A stretch of 64,000 nt of DNA from assembly GCA_964019335.1 (NCBI GenBank), contig OZ025706.1:372001-436000 (forward strand), in the 5' to 3' direction. Below the pieces are notes generated by a model that ran no database searches, was not told where the DNA came from, and was given only the letters and a program-made list of their open reading frames with translations. The DNA is from Diplonema japonicum. Lineage: Eukaryota; Protista; Euglenozoa: Diplonemea. The stretch's first letter is position 1. The number at the start of each line of letters is the position of its first letter. Shown here piece after piece: positions 23,338 to 35,349 of the stretch. The position numbers and the translations under genes are program-made.

Positions 23338-24052
23338 TTTTTTTTCTTTTAGGTTTTTTTTTTCTTCTTTTTTTTTTTTCTTATTTCTCTCCCCCTTTTT
23401 TTTTCTTCTTCCTCCCGCGTTATGGGTTGGGGAATTTTAAAAAATTGAAAAAAGAAATTGGGGGGGGGGGTGAAAAAAAGAAGAAAAAGAGGGGGAAAAA
23501 AAAGTGGGTACTACCCCTCACGAGTGAACGAAGCAGGTATCGATGAATGGAAGAAGAAAAAAAAGAAGACACGAAAGAGGGGGGGGGGGGGGGGGGAGGT
23601 GTGGACAGGGGCATGTTGCGAACGGTGTTCCGAAATAAAAGAAAAAAAAGAAAGGGGTGAGGAAGAAGGAGAAGAATTTTTGTATTTTTTTTTCCCAGTT
23701 GGAGAACACTAAACTAAAGGTGGGGGAAGGGGGGGGGGTCCTTTTTTCTCTCTCTCTTCTCCTCGTTGGCATTTCTTTTTTATTATTATTATTTATGTAC
23801 TGTTCACTGTCTTTTACGGGCACAATACTGAAGATAACAGCGTTCTTTTTTTATTTCACTTTCCCCCATTTCTTTTTTCCCATGTGAACCCCTTACAATA
23901 GGGTGAGACGAAGAAGGGGGGGGGGGGGGAAGGGGGGAAAGGGACAGTATTTTGTTTTCTTTTTTAGAACAGAAAAAAAAAAAGAAAAAGAAACACGCGG
24001 AACGGTAGAACATTTATTTTTTTTTTTTCAAATTTTCCCTTTTGCCTTTTTC

Positions 24053-24145
24053 TCATTTCCCCTTTTTCATCCAAGCTGGGGTAGCCTCCGCAGGTTTGTC
24101 AGCCTTCGACGCAACAATAGCCGCAGCTCTATCCTTACGCTCCTG

Positions 24146-24176
<31 letters not shown>

Positions 24177-27100
24177 CGAGGCGCACCTGTCGCTTTCTTT
24201 CCCTTTCTTCTTCTTCCTCCCTGAACCTCTTGTCTTCTTCTTCTTTCAGCCTCTTCCTTTCAGCAACCTGCTTTTTCCTCTCCTCTTCCCTTTGCTTCTC
24301 CAACTCCTCCTCTTTCTTCTTCGCCGCTTCTTGCTCCTTTTGGAAACGCTCCCTGGCCACCGCACGCCTTTTCTCCCTCTCAGCCTCCATCTGTTGAACA
24401 CGGGAGTACTCTATCCCGGAGGGGCAATGTGCGACGAGCTGTTGTTCACTCTGAACGTACACGCCAGTGTCGAGAACCTGCCAGTTCTCGTAGCAGATGA
24501 GCTGTCTCGCAGCAGGGGGCTGGGACTTCACGTTGTAGTCGATGGTGTCTGAGAAGACCAAAGGAAGCTCAGCTTGCATGTACTTTCTGTACTGCTGTGT
24601 GAGGACACCAACTATTTCCGTTTTGTACTGAGAAATCAAGATGACATCCTCGCAAACCTCACACGGCAAGGGGTCGACCCTCCCCACGGGCGGCTCCCAC
24701 TGCGGCGCCACTGGCGCGGGCTCCGGTTCCGGAGGCGGCTCGGCACCTTTCTTCCCCTTCTTAACCTTCTTGGGCGCGGCCTTGGGTTTCTTCTTCGTCG
24801 CTTTCTCGGCAGCCTTCGCCGCCTTATGCGGATCAACACGAGGCGGAGGTGGTGGTTGCATCTCCTGTGTTTTTAAATATTATTTTCCTTTTTTTAAAAA
24901 CCCATTATTAAACAATACCTGGTCAGGGAAGTCGTAAAAGTGCAGCGTGAGGAAACCGTCGGCTTGCAGCGACATCGACATCTGTCGAAGGTACTGAAGA
25001 GGGAGCTTCTTCTTGCACACAGTGTGCTGGATCCAGTAAGGAGGGTACATCGGGGGCGGGTCGGGGATCTTCTTCGTCGGCGGCTCCAGGGAGGGAGGGG
25101 TGATGAGCTCGTTGACATCCTCGATCAAAAAGATGTCCTTCTCGGTGACCACTATGTGCTCGTAGGCCTGTAGTGTGTGTGTTCATTTTGTTTCGTGTTT
25201 CATCATACCTGCTGGGCGGTGGCGTGGTTCGCCACACGAAGGATCTTCTCTGCGTAGAGGACTTTGTTCTCGACCTCATCCATGTCCATCTCGGGAGGGC
25301 GGTGCCATTGGGTCGCCTGCGTCACTGCATTGTAGTAGTAGCTCGTCCCGTTCCCTGCATCCACAGCCTGCCACTGGCATGGCGGCATGTAGTTCACAAT
25401 ATCCTGCACCTTCCCGTTCTTCACCTTGTCATGGTAGTCCATGTAGTCCCCCTTCCACACCCGGAACACAGAGCCAGCTCGTCTCTTTTTGTTCGCCTGC
25501 TGGATCTTCTGCGTGAGCGATTGTTTGAACAGAAGCATTTCCCTGCCCCCCTTGTAGATCTTCCAACCTTTTTGGACTTTCCCGGCGATCTTTCCGAAGG
25601 CGGACTCTCTCAGGTCCTCCAGGTGGAACAGGTGCTGTGGCTGCCTAATGAACACCTTCGTTTCACCCAGCTGCCAGGTATCCGCGCCGAGTGTTGTGCA
25701 CTGCGACAAAATGGTTTGGCATGCTGACTTGTCGTCGCCCCTGAAGGGCCTTGGGAAGGTGGCGGGGTTGATGAACTTGAACCTCTTCAAAAACTTGTCG
25801 AAGTGCTGTCTGTACGAGAAACCGGCCCTTCTGACCCTCACGTTCTCAAGCAGACCAAGGTATGTTACCTGACCGTTGACCCTCTCATCGACGAAGCCGA
25901 GGGCCGATCTGGTATCGTTGGGTTTGATACACCTGATGTAATGCGGAGTGCATTTCTTCAGGGTGTTGACAAGGTCGGCAGCTTGAGTTCTGATCCTGCC
26001 ACCTGCAGTGGGTTGTCTCCTGCCTGCTTTAGGGCTGCCGCCGCCGTCTTCCTCCAGGAAGTCCGCTTCCGTGGCGTAAAACCTTCTGAGAAGCTTATCG
26101 TCGGATTGAATCACAACCTTGAGAAGATCCTTCGCGAGCAGATCCTTGTTCTTCTGCGTGAAGCCCGATGAGGAATACTGCACGTCACCAGCGTAGTGGC
26201 GGATTTGGAACCTTTTTTTTTTTTTTTTTTTTTTTTTTTGAAATGCATACATGGTGTTCATTCTCCTGTAATGTTGGTTTCTGCTCACCTCAGGCGACTG
26301 GTCGAATGTTTCAAGCATCTTGATATCGGCGACACTTGCTTCCTCCTTGTGCATCTTAGCGCAGACATCGTCCATCAAGGCGAAGAGACCTATGGGGTTG
26401 CGGGTGCCTTCTATGAGATCGCACTGTAATGTGTAGTGTGTGTTAAGCAGAGGGAGGGGTATACCACGATCTTGTTGTTGAAGTACTTAATGGTCTCCCA
26501 CTTGATGCGCTCCTTCTCGTACTCTTCTTGTTCCACCTTGAGCGTGAGCTCGATGAAGATCTGCTGCAGCTTCTCGTTGACGTAGTTGATGCAGAACTGT
26601 TCGAACCCGTTCTTCTCGAAGATCTCGAACCCGTAGATGTCGAGGATACCGATCATGAGGGTGGTCTCCTTGGTGTCGAAGGCCTTGTTGACTTCTGCGA
26701 CAACCCAATCGAAGATTTTCGAGTAAATCGATTTCATCAGAGCGTCACGGACTTCTTTACATTGCTGCATGTCGAGCTGAACATTTGTGACATCGCCTGA
26801 AATCTCGAGTGTTTTCCATGTCACGGCGCGCTCCAACAGCTCGGCGTCGATCTCAAGAAGATCTGCTGCGTTTTCCAAGGACTCCCTCGTGGATATCACG
26901 CAAACATCGCCGGATTTTTCAAACTTACAGTCGCCGAGATGGATAATCGCTGCGATCATACGGAAAACGCTCTCTCTCTCAGATTTTTCGATGCCCAGCG
27001 CGTCCATTGCGTCGCAGGTTTCTTTAAACTCATCTGCATCTGATACACCAGGTCGGACTAGTTCCCCACCCTGGCTTGTGATAATATGTTGGGACGGGTC

Positions 27101-27769
27101 CTTGAGCCTCAACCTCCTACGCATTCCGTCATCGGCACCAACACACAGCTGGTAGAAAATGTGGAAGTTTCTGTCGCCTTTTCCTTGAAACGCCACTCTT
27201 GACTTTTCCAATAAAAAGTTTCTGATGTACCCTCCAGAGGGTCCGCCTCTGATATCAAAGTACACCTCCATGAACTTCCCGAATCGAGAGGAATTGTCGT
27301 TCCGCACCGTCTTAGCATTTCCGAACGCTTCAAGAACAGGGTTGGAGTCGAGCATGACTTTTTTTACCTTGTCCATGTCGTCTGACTTTGGTGAGACTTC
27401 TGCGATGTACGCCATGATTTGCTTGGAGGCTTCTGTCTTTCCTGCGCCGGACTCTCCAGAGATGATCACGCATTGGTTCTCCTCCTCCGACACCATGTTG
27501 GACAGGGTGTTCGCCGCCAGTGCAAAAATATGCGGGTTAGTAGAGGACCTCGCGTGGTTCTTGTAGTACTTGATCTTCTGCACGCTGTAACAGTCCCTTA
27601 TCCTCGTGAACGGGTTCACGCTGATCAGCACGTTGCCGACGTAGGTGTAGATTTGCTCCTTAGCAAGCCTCTCTTTCAGGTTCTCTGCGATGGCTTTGAC
27701 CGTCAGGCTGGGAAGCAGCACCAAGTCATCCACCCCAGCAACCGCCTGTTGCCTCCCCCAATCTGCCAT
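24053..27769 (-). CDS. Class I myosin with WW domain in the tail
   Basis: GESGAGKT, LEAFGNAKT, NSSRFGK, LDIYGFE, YIRCIKPN, an IQ-like motif and WW (QWQAVDAGNGTSYYYNAVTQATQWHRP). Five introns: 26424-26464, 26212-26250, 25168-25208, 24865-24918, 24143-24186. Ends PAWMKKGK*. Confidence 0.95.
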
Positions 27770-28040
27770 CTTTTTCCTTTTTTTTTTTTTTTCTCTTTCT
27801 CTCCGGAATAAGATTAATGTATAAAAAAAAAACCCCTTCGATCCCCAACCTTTTTTTTTTTTTTTTTTTTTTGTTTTGTTTTTCCCCAGAAAAAAAAATA
27901 AAAATAAATAAATAAACAGAATGAACACGTCAGTACCAAAACAAAGAAAGAAAAATAATAATAACACATTGGCCGCGACACTTTTTTTTTTTTTTTTTTC
28001 CTTTCTTTATTTTATTCTTTTCATCTCCCCCCTCCCCCGT

Positions 28041-29261
28041 TCATTTCAACACCTCACCCAATGCTTTTTTCAGGTTCCCTTGGATCTCCGGGAGATATTC
28101 ATCCCTCACGAGAGATGTCATGACTTGGATGTTCTTCCTTCTGACATTGTCGAGCTCCTCCACCCCGACCTTGCCCTTCTGCCATTCCTTGTTCTTGGTC
28201 TTGATGGTGTAGTCCTCTGGTATGACCATCTGGTACCTAAAGTATGAAGTACGGGGATCCCCTGCAGCGATGGTCTCGATTTGGTCGTGCATAAGCTTGG
28301 AAGTACCGGACATCATGGTGGAGATGAGGGGTTCGATCCAGTTAGCAGCGCCCCAGTTTGACATTGTCTTGTGATCGTAGGTTTGGTGTATACGGCCTGT
28401 TCCCAGTGAAACTAGGACAATTTCAGGTTCGCTACCTACAATGCTCCTTACGTAGTTGAGAACCGCAAGGGAAGGGTTGTTGCAGCACACCCCTCCGTCT
28501 ACACATGTTACCTCAACGTTGCCTGGTGTGTTCTTCCCGTTTTTAGAAACAACGTTTTTAAACTTCTTCGAAGGGAGGAATGTAGGCGCTGCCGAAGTAG
28601 CTCGTGCCACATCAGCGAGCTGGTAGTTACACCCGTTGATACCACCGTCAGCCACCGCGTCTAGAGATGAAAAGAATATCGGGCCCCATGGGGCGGCCAT
28701 TTCTACTGCGGAGATATAGACGGGTTTTACGCAGTCTGCGAGGGTGAGCTCATAGCCGTTTTGTTCTGTGAAGCTTTTGATGACCTTTTCCAAGCCTTTT
28801 TCGGAGTATTTCGGTTTTGAGAGAGCGCTGCTTACAACGGATATCGCGCCCTTGACCTCGCCAGCGACTGTGTTTTTCGCTTTTGCAAAGAAGGACTGAA
28901 GGTCCTTCGCTGGTGCGTCGTCATCGTCGTCTATCAACGGGAAGATCTCTGCGCCTCGTTCTTGATACAGCTTGACAAGCCCTGGGCCGTCTGTGAGCGG
29001 TGATAGTTTCTTCGACCCCGGCTTGTCGGGCAGGGAACAGAGAACCGATAATATTGCTCCGGTACTCGTCCCCGCTAGCAAGTCGAACATCTCCGCTGCC
29101 CGCTGCCCTGTGAGCTTTTCCATGTGTTCGATCAGCAACGCAGGGATCAAGCCTCTTATCCCCCCGCCGTCGATGCTTAAAATCGTGATTTTCTTCTTCC
29201 CCTGTAACGCTTTTATACGAGACGGGTGAGGTTTCGGGAAACACGGAAAGTGGTAGGACAT
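28041..29261 (-). CDS. Patatin-like phospholipase
   Basis: DGGGIRG, GTSTG nucleophile elbow, SAAPTF, DGGVCCNNP, SLGTG. Confidence 0.95.
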   Translation of the reverse strand: MSYHFPCFPKPHPSRIKALQGKKKITILSIDGGGIRGLIPALLIEHMEKLTGQRAAEMFDLLAGTSTGAILSVLCSLPDKPGSKKLSPLTDGPGLVKLYQERGAEIFPLIDDDDDAPAKDLQSFFAKAKNTVAGEVKGAISVVSSALSKPKYSEKGLEKVIKSFTEQNGYELTLADCVKPVYISAVEMAAPWGPIFFSSLDAVADGGINGCNYQLADVARATSAAPTFLPSKKFKNVVSKNGKNTPGNVEVTCVDGGVCCNNPSLAVLNYVRSIVGSEPEIVLVSLGTGRIHQTYDHKTMSNWGAANWIEPLISTMMSGTSKLMHDQIETIAAGDPRTSYFRYQMVIPEDYTIKTKNKEWQKGKVGVEELDNVRRKNIQVMTSLVRDEYLPEIQGNLKKALGEVLK

Positions 29262-29618
29262 TTTTTTTTTTTTTTTTTTTAAAAGAACTTTTATACGAAG
29301 TCAGTGTACTGTTTGTCAGTATTTTTATTTATTTTTTTTGCATGGGTTTTAAAAAAAAGAAGAGGGATAGCGGTAGTGCAAAGGGGGGGGGGGGGGGGGA
29401 GGAAGAATGGAAAGAAGGGAAGAAAAAAAATACTTTAATTTTCTTTTTTTTACGTCAAGGTGGCACAAGCCAAAATGCGATCCATGTTGTGCCTAGGTGA
29501 CAGTTGCTCTGCACCCGCCACCTGGCACAGACTTTCCTGAAATGACTCGCTTAAGGGGAGGTGTCGCTACGCACCTAAATCCGACAAAAAGGTCTTGCTG
29601 CCCCTGTTAGAAAGAGAG

Positions 29619-29649
<31 letters not shown>

Positions 29650-29794
29650 GTTTTGCAGCGAGTTCAGTTTATTTCGGTGCGATTGCGAATTGGAAAAAAA
29701 AAAAGGAGGGAGAAAAGAAAAAAAGGGGGGGGGTAATTGTTCCAGCGCTACGTGTCTACGTGTATTTTTTTTTTTTCTTCAAGTAGTTTTATTT

Positions 29795-30332
29795 CACTCA
29801 AATTACTTCCCGCTCTCGGGGCTCATTATATTTTCCGTGAAGTAATAGGGGTTTCCGGCATCAGTAGACCAATTTTTGGCTTGGTTCAGTTGCCAACTTG
29901 TTCCTCTCAGTTTGCCAATTTCCCCCCAGGTTCAGCTCAAGTAGCCAACTTTTGCCGCTCAGTTCCAAGTTGGACTACTTTTTCCGCCCAATTTGCCCAC
30001 TTTTGGCTAGGCCTTGTTCCCAGTTCCAACTTTTCTATTTAGTCAGCTTACCAAGCTCCCCAAAAGACTTCAAAATACCGAAGCAGCAGAAAGTGAGAAG
30101 GCCTGATTTGAGATGGCGACGCGGCAGCTCTTAGTCAACAAAAGGAGGGAAAACAACTTGTATTTTAACCTTTGTAACCCCTCTCTTGGTGTATCCCTTG
30201 TCCCTCGTGGTGAAGTAATTTCAGAGTGTCGTGAAATAAAACCACTTACCTACCGCCAAGGAATGACTTTACCGCCCCTCGGAACCTCGAGGTAACGGTA
30301 AAGTCATTACTTGTTGGTAGTAAAAATAGCTA
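29795..30332 (+). mobile_element. Non-autonomous Helentron/DINE-like element, copy 2
   Basis: Homologous to 5367-6016, with the same subterminal inverted repeats and the 3' hairpin containing the ACCTCGAGGT palindrome. Confidence 0.65.
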
Positions 30333-30506
30333 TATTTCTTTTTTTTTTTCCCACTCGCTCGAGCAATTTTTTTCCCCCCTCTCAAAACCGTATTTTTTCG
30401 AATGTAAAAAAAAAGAGGGGGTCCCGGGGAGGGGAGACGGCGATACCCTCCCTCCGGTGGCGGGGGGTGCCTAGAGCAGCCGGGGTCGCCCCACAAGAAG
30501 CAATGC

Positions 30507-31016
30507 TCACATAGGGAACTCAGGTGAGCTGCTCTTCTTGTTGTACTTTACAACAAGAACGGGAAGTTGATAGGCGACGTTCCCGTCAAGTGGGTTGCCG
30601 ACTACAAGGTGGGAGCAGTTGGTAAGCCAGGGGCCTTCGAGGATACATGCAAGAAGCACCAGCCCGGTGGTAGACGCATAGCCAAGGGAAGTGTCGTTGT
30701 GGTGGGCAAAGTACTCTCCAGGGCCGCAAGACTGACCTTTTCTGAGTCTGGGGTCCCATCCACACCGGCAGATATTAACGAATGCGTCAATGGTCTTGGT
30801 GCCATGCCAGCCAAAGTGTTTCTTGGCTTGTTGTCCCCCGGCCTGACGAAGGCCTTCTCTAAACTTTGTCACACATTCCTGTTCCACAACAGCTGCCAGA
30901 TATGGGTTCACGATGATCTCCGGCTGAATAAAGTGAGTGTTTGACCAGTTAGCATCAACATAATTCTTTGCGGCATCTATAATTTCTCCAAGAAGGCACT
31001 TTATGTCACCTGTCAT
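30507..31016 (-). CDS. Stand-alone PARP-like (ADP-ribosyltransferase) catalytic domain
   Basis: GWHGT, I...GWDP, GPGEYFA and SLGYA motifs of the PARP fold in 169 aa. Confidence 0.8.
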   Translation of the reverse strand: MTGDIKCLLGEIIDAAKNYVDANWSNTHFIQPEIIVNPYLAAVVEQECVTKFREGLRQAGGQQAKKHFGWHGTKTIDAFVNICRCGWDPRLRKGQSCGPGEYFAHHNDTSLGYASTTGLVLLACILEGPWLTNCSHLVVGNPLDGNVAYQLPVLVVKYNKKSSSPEFPM

Positions 31017-31284
31017 TGTTTTCCCAACCTGTGTAAAGTAGTTGAATAGGTGGAGGAAAATTGGGGGAAAGGGTGGGGGTAGTGGGTGAGTATTTCCTTG
31101 TTTCTTTTTATTTATTTTTTTTTCTTTATAACCAAACTTCTTTTTTTTTTTTATTACCTCCTCGTTTTCCCCCCCTCTCTTTCTTTTTCTCGTTCCTCTT
31201 TAAAAAAAAAAAAGGTCTTTTTTATTGTTGTTGTGCATTGCATTCAAATATAAAAAAAAAAAATTATCGCACGAAGTACTTTGG

Positions 31285-31327
<43 letters not shown>

Positions 31328-31835
31328 AGAAAAAAAATGAGGGGGGAATTTAAAAGAAAAAGAAAAAGAAAAAGAAAAAAAAAGGGGGGGAATAAGAGAA
31401 AGAAGAAAAAAAAAAAAAAAAAAAAAAAAAAAGAAAAAAAAAAGATAACGAGGATTATTGCGGTTTATGTGTGTTTTTCTTTTTGTTTGTATTTCTTTTT
31501 TTTTCTTTTTGTTTTCTTTATATAAAAATCCACTCTGGAATCTTTTCTTTTTTTTTTAAAATCGTGTGCATCACCGGGTGTTGGAGGGAATTAGAAAGAG
31601 AGGAGCAAAAACATTTAAAAAAAATATATCGGAAGCCAAACACCTCTCTTTGTAATTTGACACTTGCGTCTGTGTGGGTGTGGCCATGGATCCGTCAAAA
31701 GAACAGAGAAAGAGAGACAGAGAGAGTGGATGTAAACATATATTCTCCCTCATTTTTACGGGGGATTTCTTCAGTGTTTGGTGGGGCAAGTAAAAGAAAA
31801 TTTGAGCAAAAAGAATAATAATAAAAATATAAAAT

Positions 31836-31868
<33 letters not shown>

Positions 31869-32376
31869 AATTGACGGAAAAAAAAAAAAAAGGTGTCTTT
31901 GAAGGGAACCTGCAGTAAAAAAGAAATTCCACAAGTTCTCCCGAAGCAGAACATTACGTGATCGCTACTCGGGAGGTAGCTTCAACAGGAGAATTGTATA
32001 AAAAAAGATGGGGGGGGGAAGAAAAGCAGGAGATTCGTTTCTTTTTCCTTTTCTGTTGAGTAGAAAAAGTGAAGTGTCTGCATGTTATAGTATTCAATAA
32101 CAAAAAAGGGTGGGGGTGGGGGATTATTTTCTCCCCCTCATCTGTTGTCTTTTTTTTTTTTTTTTTTTTTTTTTCCACCCAAAGAAAAAATTTTAAATAA
32201 AATGAAAAGTCAGAGGATGGGTGAGAGTCCCATGTAGTAGTCATATCACATTCGGTCGGTTCACAATTCACAAGAGGGAGGAGGGGGGAGGGGACCAGCT
32301 ATGTTGGCAGAGAAACAGGAAACGTTTCCTGTTTCCGTTGCCCATTTCCTTTTTTTTTTTTTTTTTTTTTTTATAT

Positions 32377-33213
32377 GAGCTCGTCCGGAAAAAAATGTCA
32401 ACAAATGACCCTCCTATGCGGCGTAAAACCCCCGTTAAATTTCTAAGTAAAAAAGTAGCCCGACACCACTTTGTGTGCAGAAATGCAGTCTAAGCTTGAA
32501 CACCATATAGGTCAAAATGCTCGCCGTTTGTTTTATTTTTAAAACGCACGTGCAAAAACATGTTTTTTTTAGAATGGTTTTTGGCAAACAATTCAATTTG
32601 GAAGTTACAAATAACCCAGACTCCATTTTTTTATTTTCGTTTTTCCGTGAAAAGCGATAGGAGGAATGGATGCAGATTGAAAATCTGTGAAACCTTTGGG
32701 GTCATTTTGGGTGGGCTGGACTCTAAATCACTATTAAAAATGGGGTGGGGAGAACTTACCCTAAAGTGCCATTTTGGCCTATTTAAGGCTAAAATCCCTT
32801 TAAAACCCCTTGAAAAAAGCAAAATTTTCACTTTTAAAGTATTATGAGTGCAAAAGAAAAGGAAAAACCTCAGCAGATGGGTAGGGAATGAAAGTTTGAC
32901 CCCAAAGATACCAATGTCGAAGCTCTGCATGAGCAGGCAAGTGTTAAGAATTGGTTTTTCTGAAAAAGGCCAAAATCCCTTAGGAACCCCTTGAAAAAGC
33001 CAAAAAATAGGGTGTAAAAAACCGGGTTTTCGGGGGCTATGCGGCGCCATATATTTGGTTAAACATTTTCCGCCGTTTTTTTGACCTCTATTTTTCGCTT
33101 CCCGGGGGCAGCCGGTTGCAAAGCCTGCCACCCTCATGGCAAAACAAGCATCGCAATTGAAAGAACGGCGTCATGTACACCATGTATGTCATCTTCCTAT
33201 GGTTGCATGCTGC
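32377..33213 (+). mobile_element. GAG..CTC MITE family, copy lacking the right TIR
   Basis: 32377-33055 is apparently identical to 48014-48692 (identical ORF translations); 33170-33213 also matches 48742-48785; no right TIR seen. Confidence 0.75.
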
Positions 33214-33661
33214 AATGGGGATGTTCACCTGGGGGGGTGGTGGTGGTGGTGGTGAATACTCCATAAGGGCCAAGCTGTTTTCGTTTAATTTTCACCTATC
33301 TTTCAAAATACCGATGGCGCCAAGTGTCTATAAGTCACCTTCACTTCCAAGTCGCTTGATGAGGTGATTGCAATGTAAATACCTCGATGACGGGCTGCCC
33401 AAATGTCTTTGCGCAAATCCGGCATTAATTCCGCTTTTATTAAGGCAAATTCGACCACACACACACCCCGTATTTTTTTTATTCTCTTTTTGCTTTTTTT
33501 TTTTCTTCTCCCAACAACAAAAAAAATATCTTATTTAAAACAACACACACAAACACACCCTCTCCCTCTGTCTTCCTTCGTTGGAAACAAAACAAAGCAT
33601 AAACGGAAATGAAACGGGGAGGGGAGGAAGGGATGCGGGGGAGAGAGATAAATCCCACCTC

Positions 33662-34519
33662 TTAACTAGCCGTTTCGAAGGCTCTGAGTGCCGCCTCAAC
33701 ATCGTCAACATCGTCATTATCAGCATCGGCAGTGTCCCCTTGGGGAACGGGAGGGTTCTTCATGGTCTGACCTGTCTCAAGAAGGTGCTCGAGCCTCTCC
33801 CCTCCGTATGTGTAATCCATTTCTTCATGACCCACCGTTCGCTCCATTGACCCTGTGGACGCACCAGGACGTGTCCACTCGTGCAGCCTGTCCTTCACGG
33901 AGGTATCCTTTTGAGACGAATCCTGGTAATGTGCTCGCAGGTCGCGTCCGACAGGAGGGGTGATCCTGTAGTCCTGAAGGGGTAGATCTTTAGAGGTGTT
34001 TTTACTCTCTTTCCACAGAAAATTCAGGACATCAAGAATCCTGTAGGTTGCCCGGGGGGAGTTCAACTTGTGGTGGATGAGGTTCAACAGCATATCTTGC
34101 TCCTTGTCGTGTTTTATGAGGACTTGAAGCACCTCCGTTTTGGAACTGCTGAAGAGCCCTGCCCCTTCCTCCACAGCCATGACAGACATGCCTATCATGT
34201 CGCTGACCTTCATCACACGTTTCACTCGGCCGTCCATTGTGCATAGGAACAAGGCAGCCTCGGCAGCCCCTGTGCTTTTAGGGGTGAATTTCTGAACCAT
34301 CACAACGCGAAGATCCTACGGATTTTTTTTTTTTTTTTTTTTTTAATTTGGTGATACCTTCCCGCCTCTCGAGTGAACCTTCTCAACGACTTGGCACGCA
34401 TACGGTACACTCCCGTTCAAACCACCAAACGCTTTAGCCAGCCCCAGTGAGACAGGCTCCATCACATACTGTTCTTGTGTAAAGAGCGGTTCTGTACGGT
34501 TGGCTGTCGTCGTTGTCAT
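33662..34519 (-). CDS. Hypothetical protein with TH1/PH-like domain (paralogue of 52579-53226)
   Basis: ATG at 34519 follows poly(A); intron 34316-34357 restores the frame (..VEKVHSRGGK|DLRVVMV..); shares VxQxLI...E.DxLLNL and LPxxDxR with the 53 kb gene. Confidence 0.7.
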
Positions 34520-35187
34520 TTTTTTTTTTTTTTAGTTCTTCTTTTTTTTTTTCTTCTTCTCCCCCCTTACTTTTTATTGTAGTTCATTTTAGGTGAGAGA
34601 AGAAAAAAAGAAAGGGGAAAATGAAATGAGGGGGGGGGGGGGGGGGGGTGACCTTCGTCTTCTACCATCATGTCGGTGCACTCTTCTTCTTCTTTTATTT
34701 CGTCATTTTCTCATTCTTTTTTTTTTTTTTAAAATATTCTCGTCCCTTCTTTTCTCTTGTACGAGTTGAAAGAAGGGGAAAAGGAAGAGCAGAAAACAAT
34801 AATAATAAAAAAAAACACCCACCCCCCTTTATTTACTACAAAAAAAGAAACTTAAAACTCATGCAATAGGGGGACGCGGGAAGCGTTCCTAAGAAAGGGG
34901 GGGGGGGGTCGTTTTGTCCCCCCCCCTTTCCTCCTTAGAACAGTTTCCAAGCACCTTAGAAATAGATGCAGTTTTTTTTTTTCTTTTTCTTTTTAAACAC
35001 ACGGTTGGACATTTTCTTTTTTCTTTCCTTTTTTTTTTTTTTTTTTTTTTAAAAAGAGACGTTGTGGACTAGGGGGTGTGGGAGGTTTAAAAAAAAAAAA
35101 AAAAAAAAAAAAACCTTTGACCCCTTCTCTTTTTTTTTACTAGCAATACATCGCCAGCAAGCCCGAGAAGGGGGAGAACAAAAAAAA

Positions 35188-35320
35188 AATTCTTTATGAC
35201 TATATGTCTTTGTTGTTCACACGAGCAAAAAAAGTTTTTAAAAAGCTGCGAAAGTTTTTTGCTCGGCACAAGTTGCATATAGTTTATAAAATCATTTTTT
35301 GAAAGATAAATATTTGTAAC
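35188..35320. repeat. About 120-nt dispersed repeat, inverted copy at 47268-47382
   Basis: The reverse complement matches (tttttgctcggcacaagttgcatatagtt / aactatatgcaacttgtgccgagcaaaaa, etc.). Confidence 0.8.
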
Positions 35321-35349
35321 AAAAAAAAAAAAAAAAAAAAAAAAAAATC

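Noticed and set aside
24053-27769. Frameshifted myosin pseudogene, programmed frameshifting or alternative genetic code
   Set aside because: All breaks are explained by canonical short introns under the standard code.
32435-33137. Duplicated ORFs also at 48072-48717
   Set aside because: They are identical only because they lie inside the MITE; no transposase motifs.
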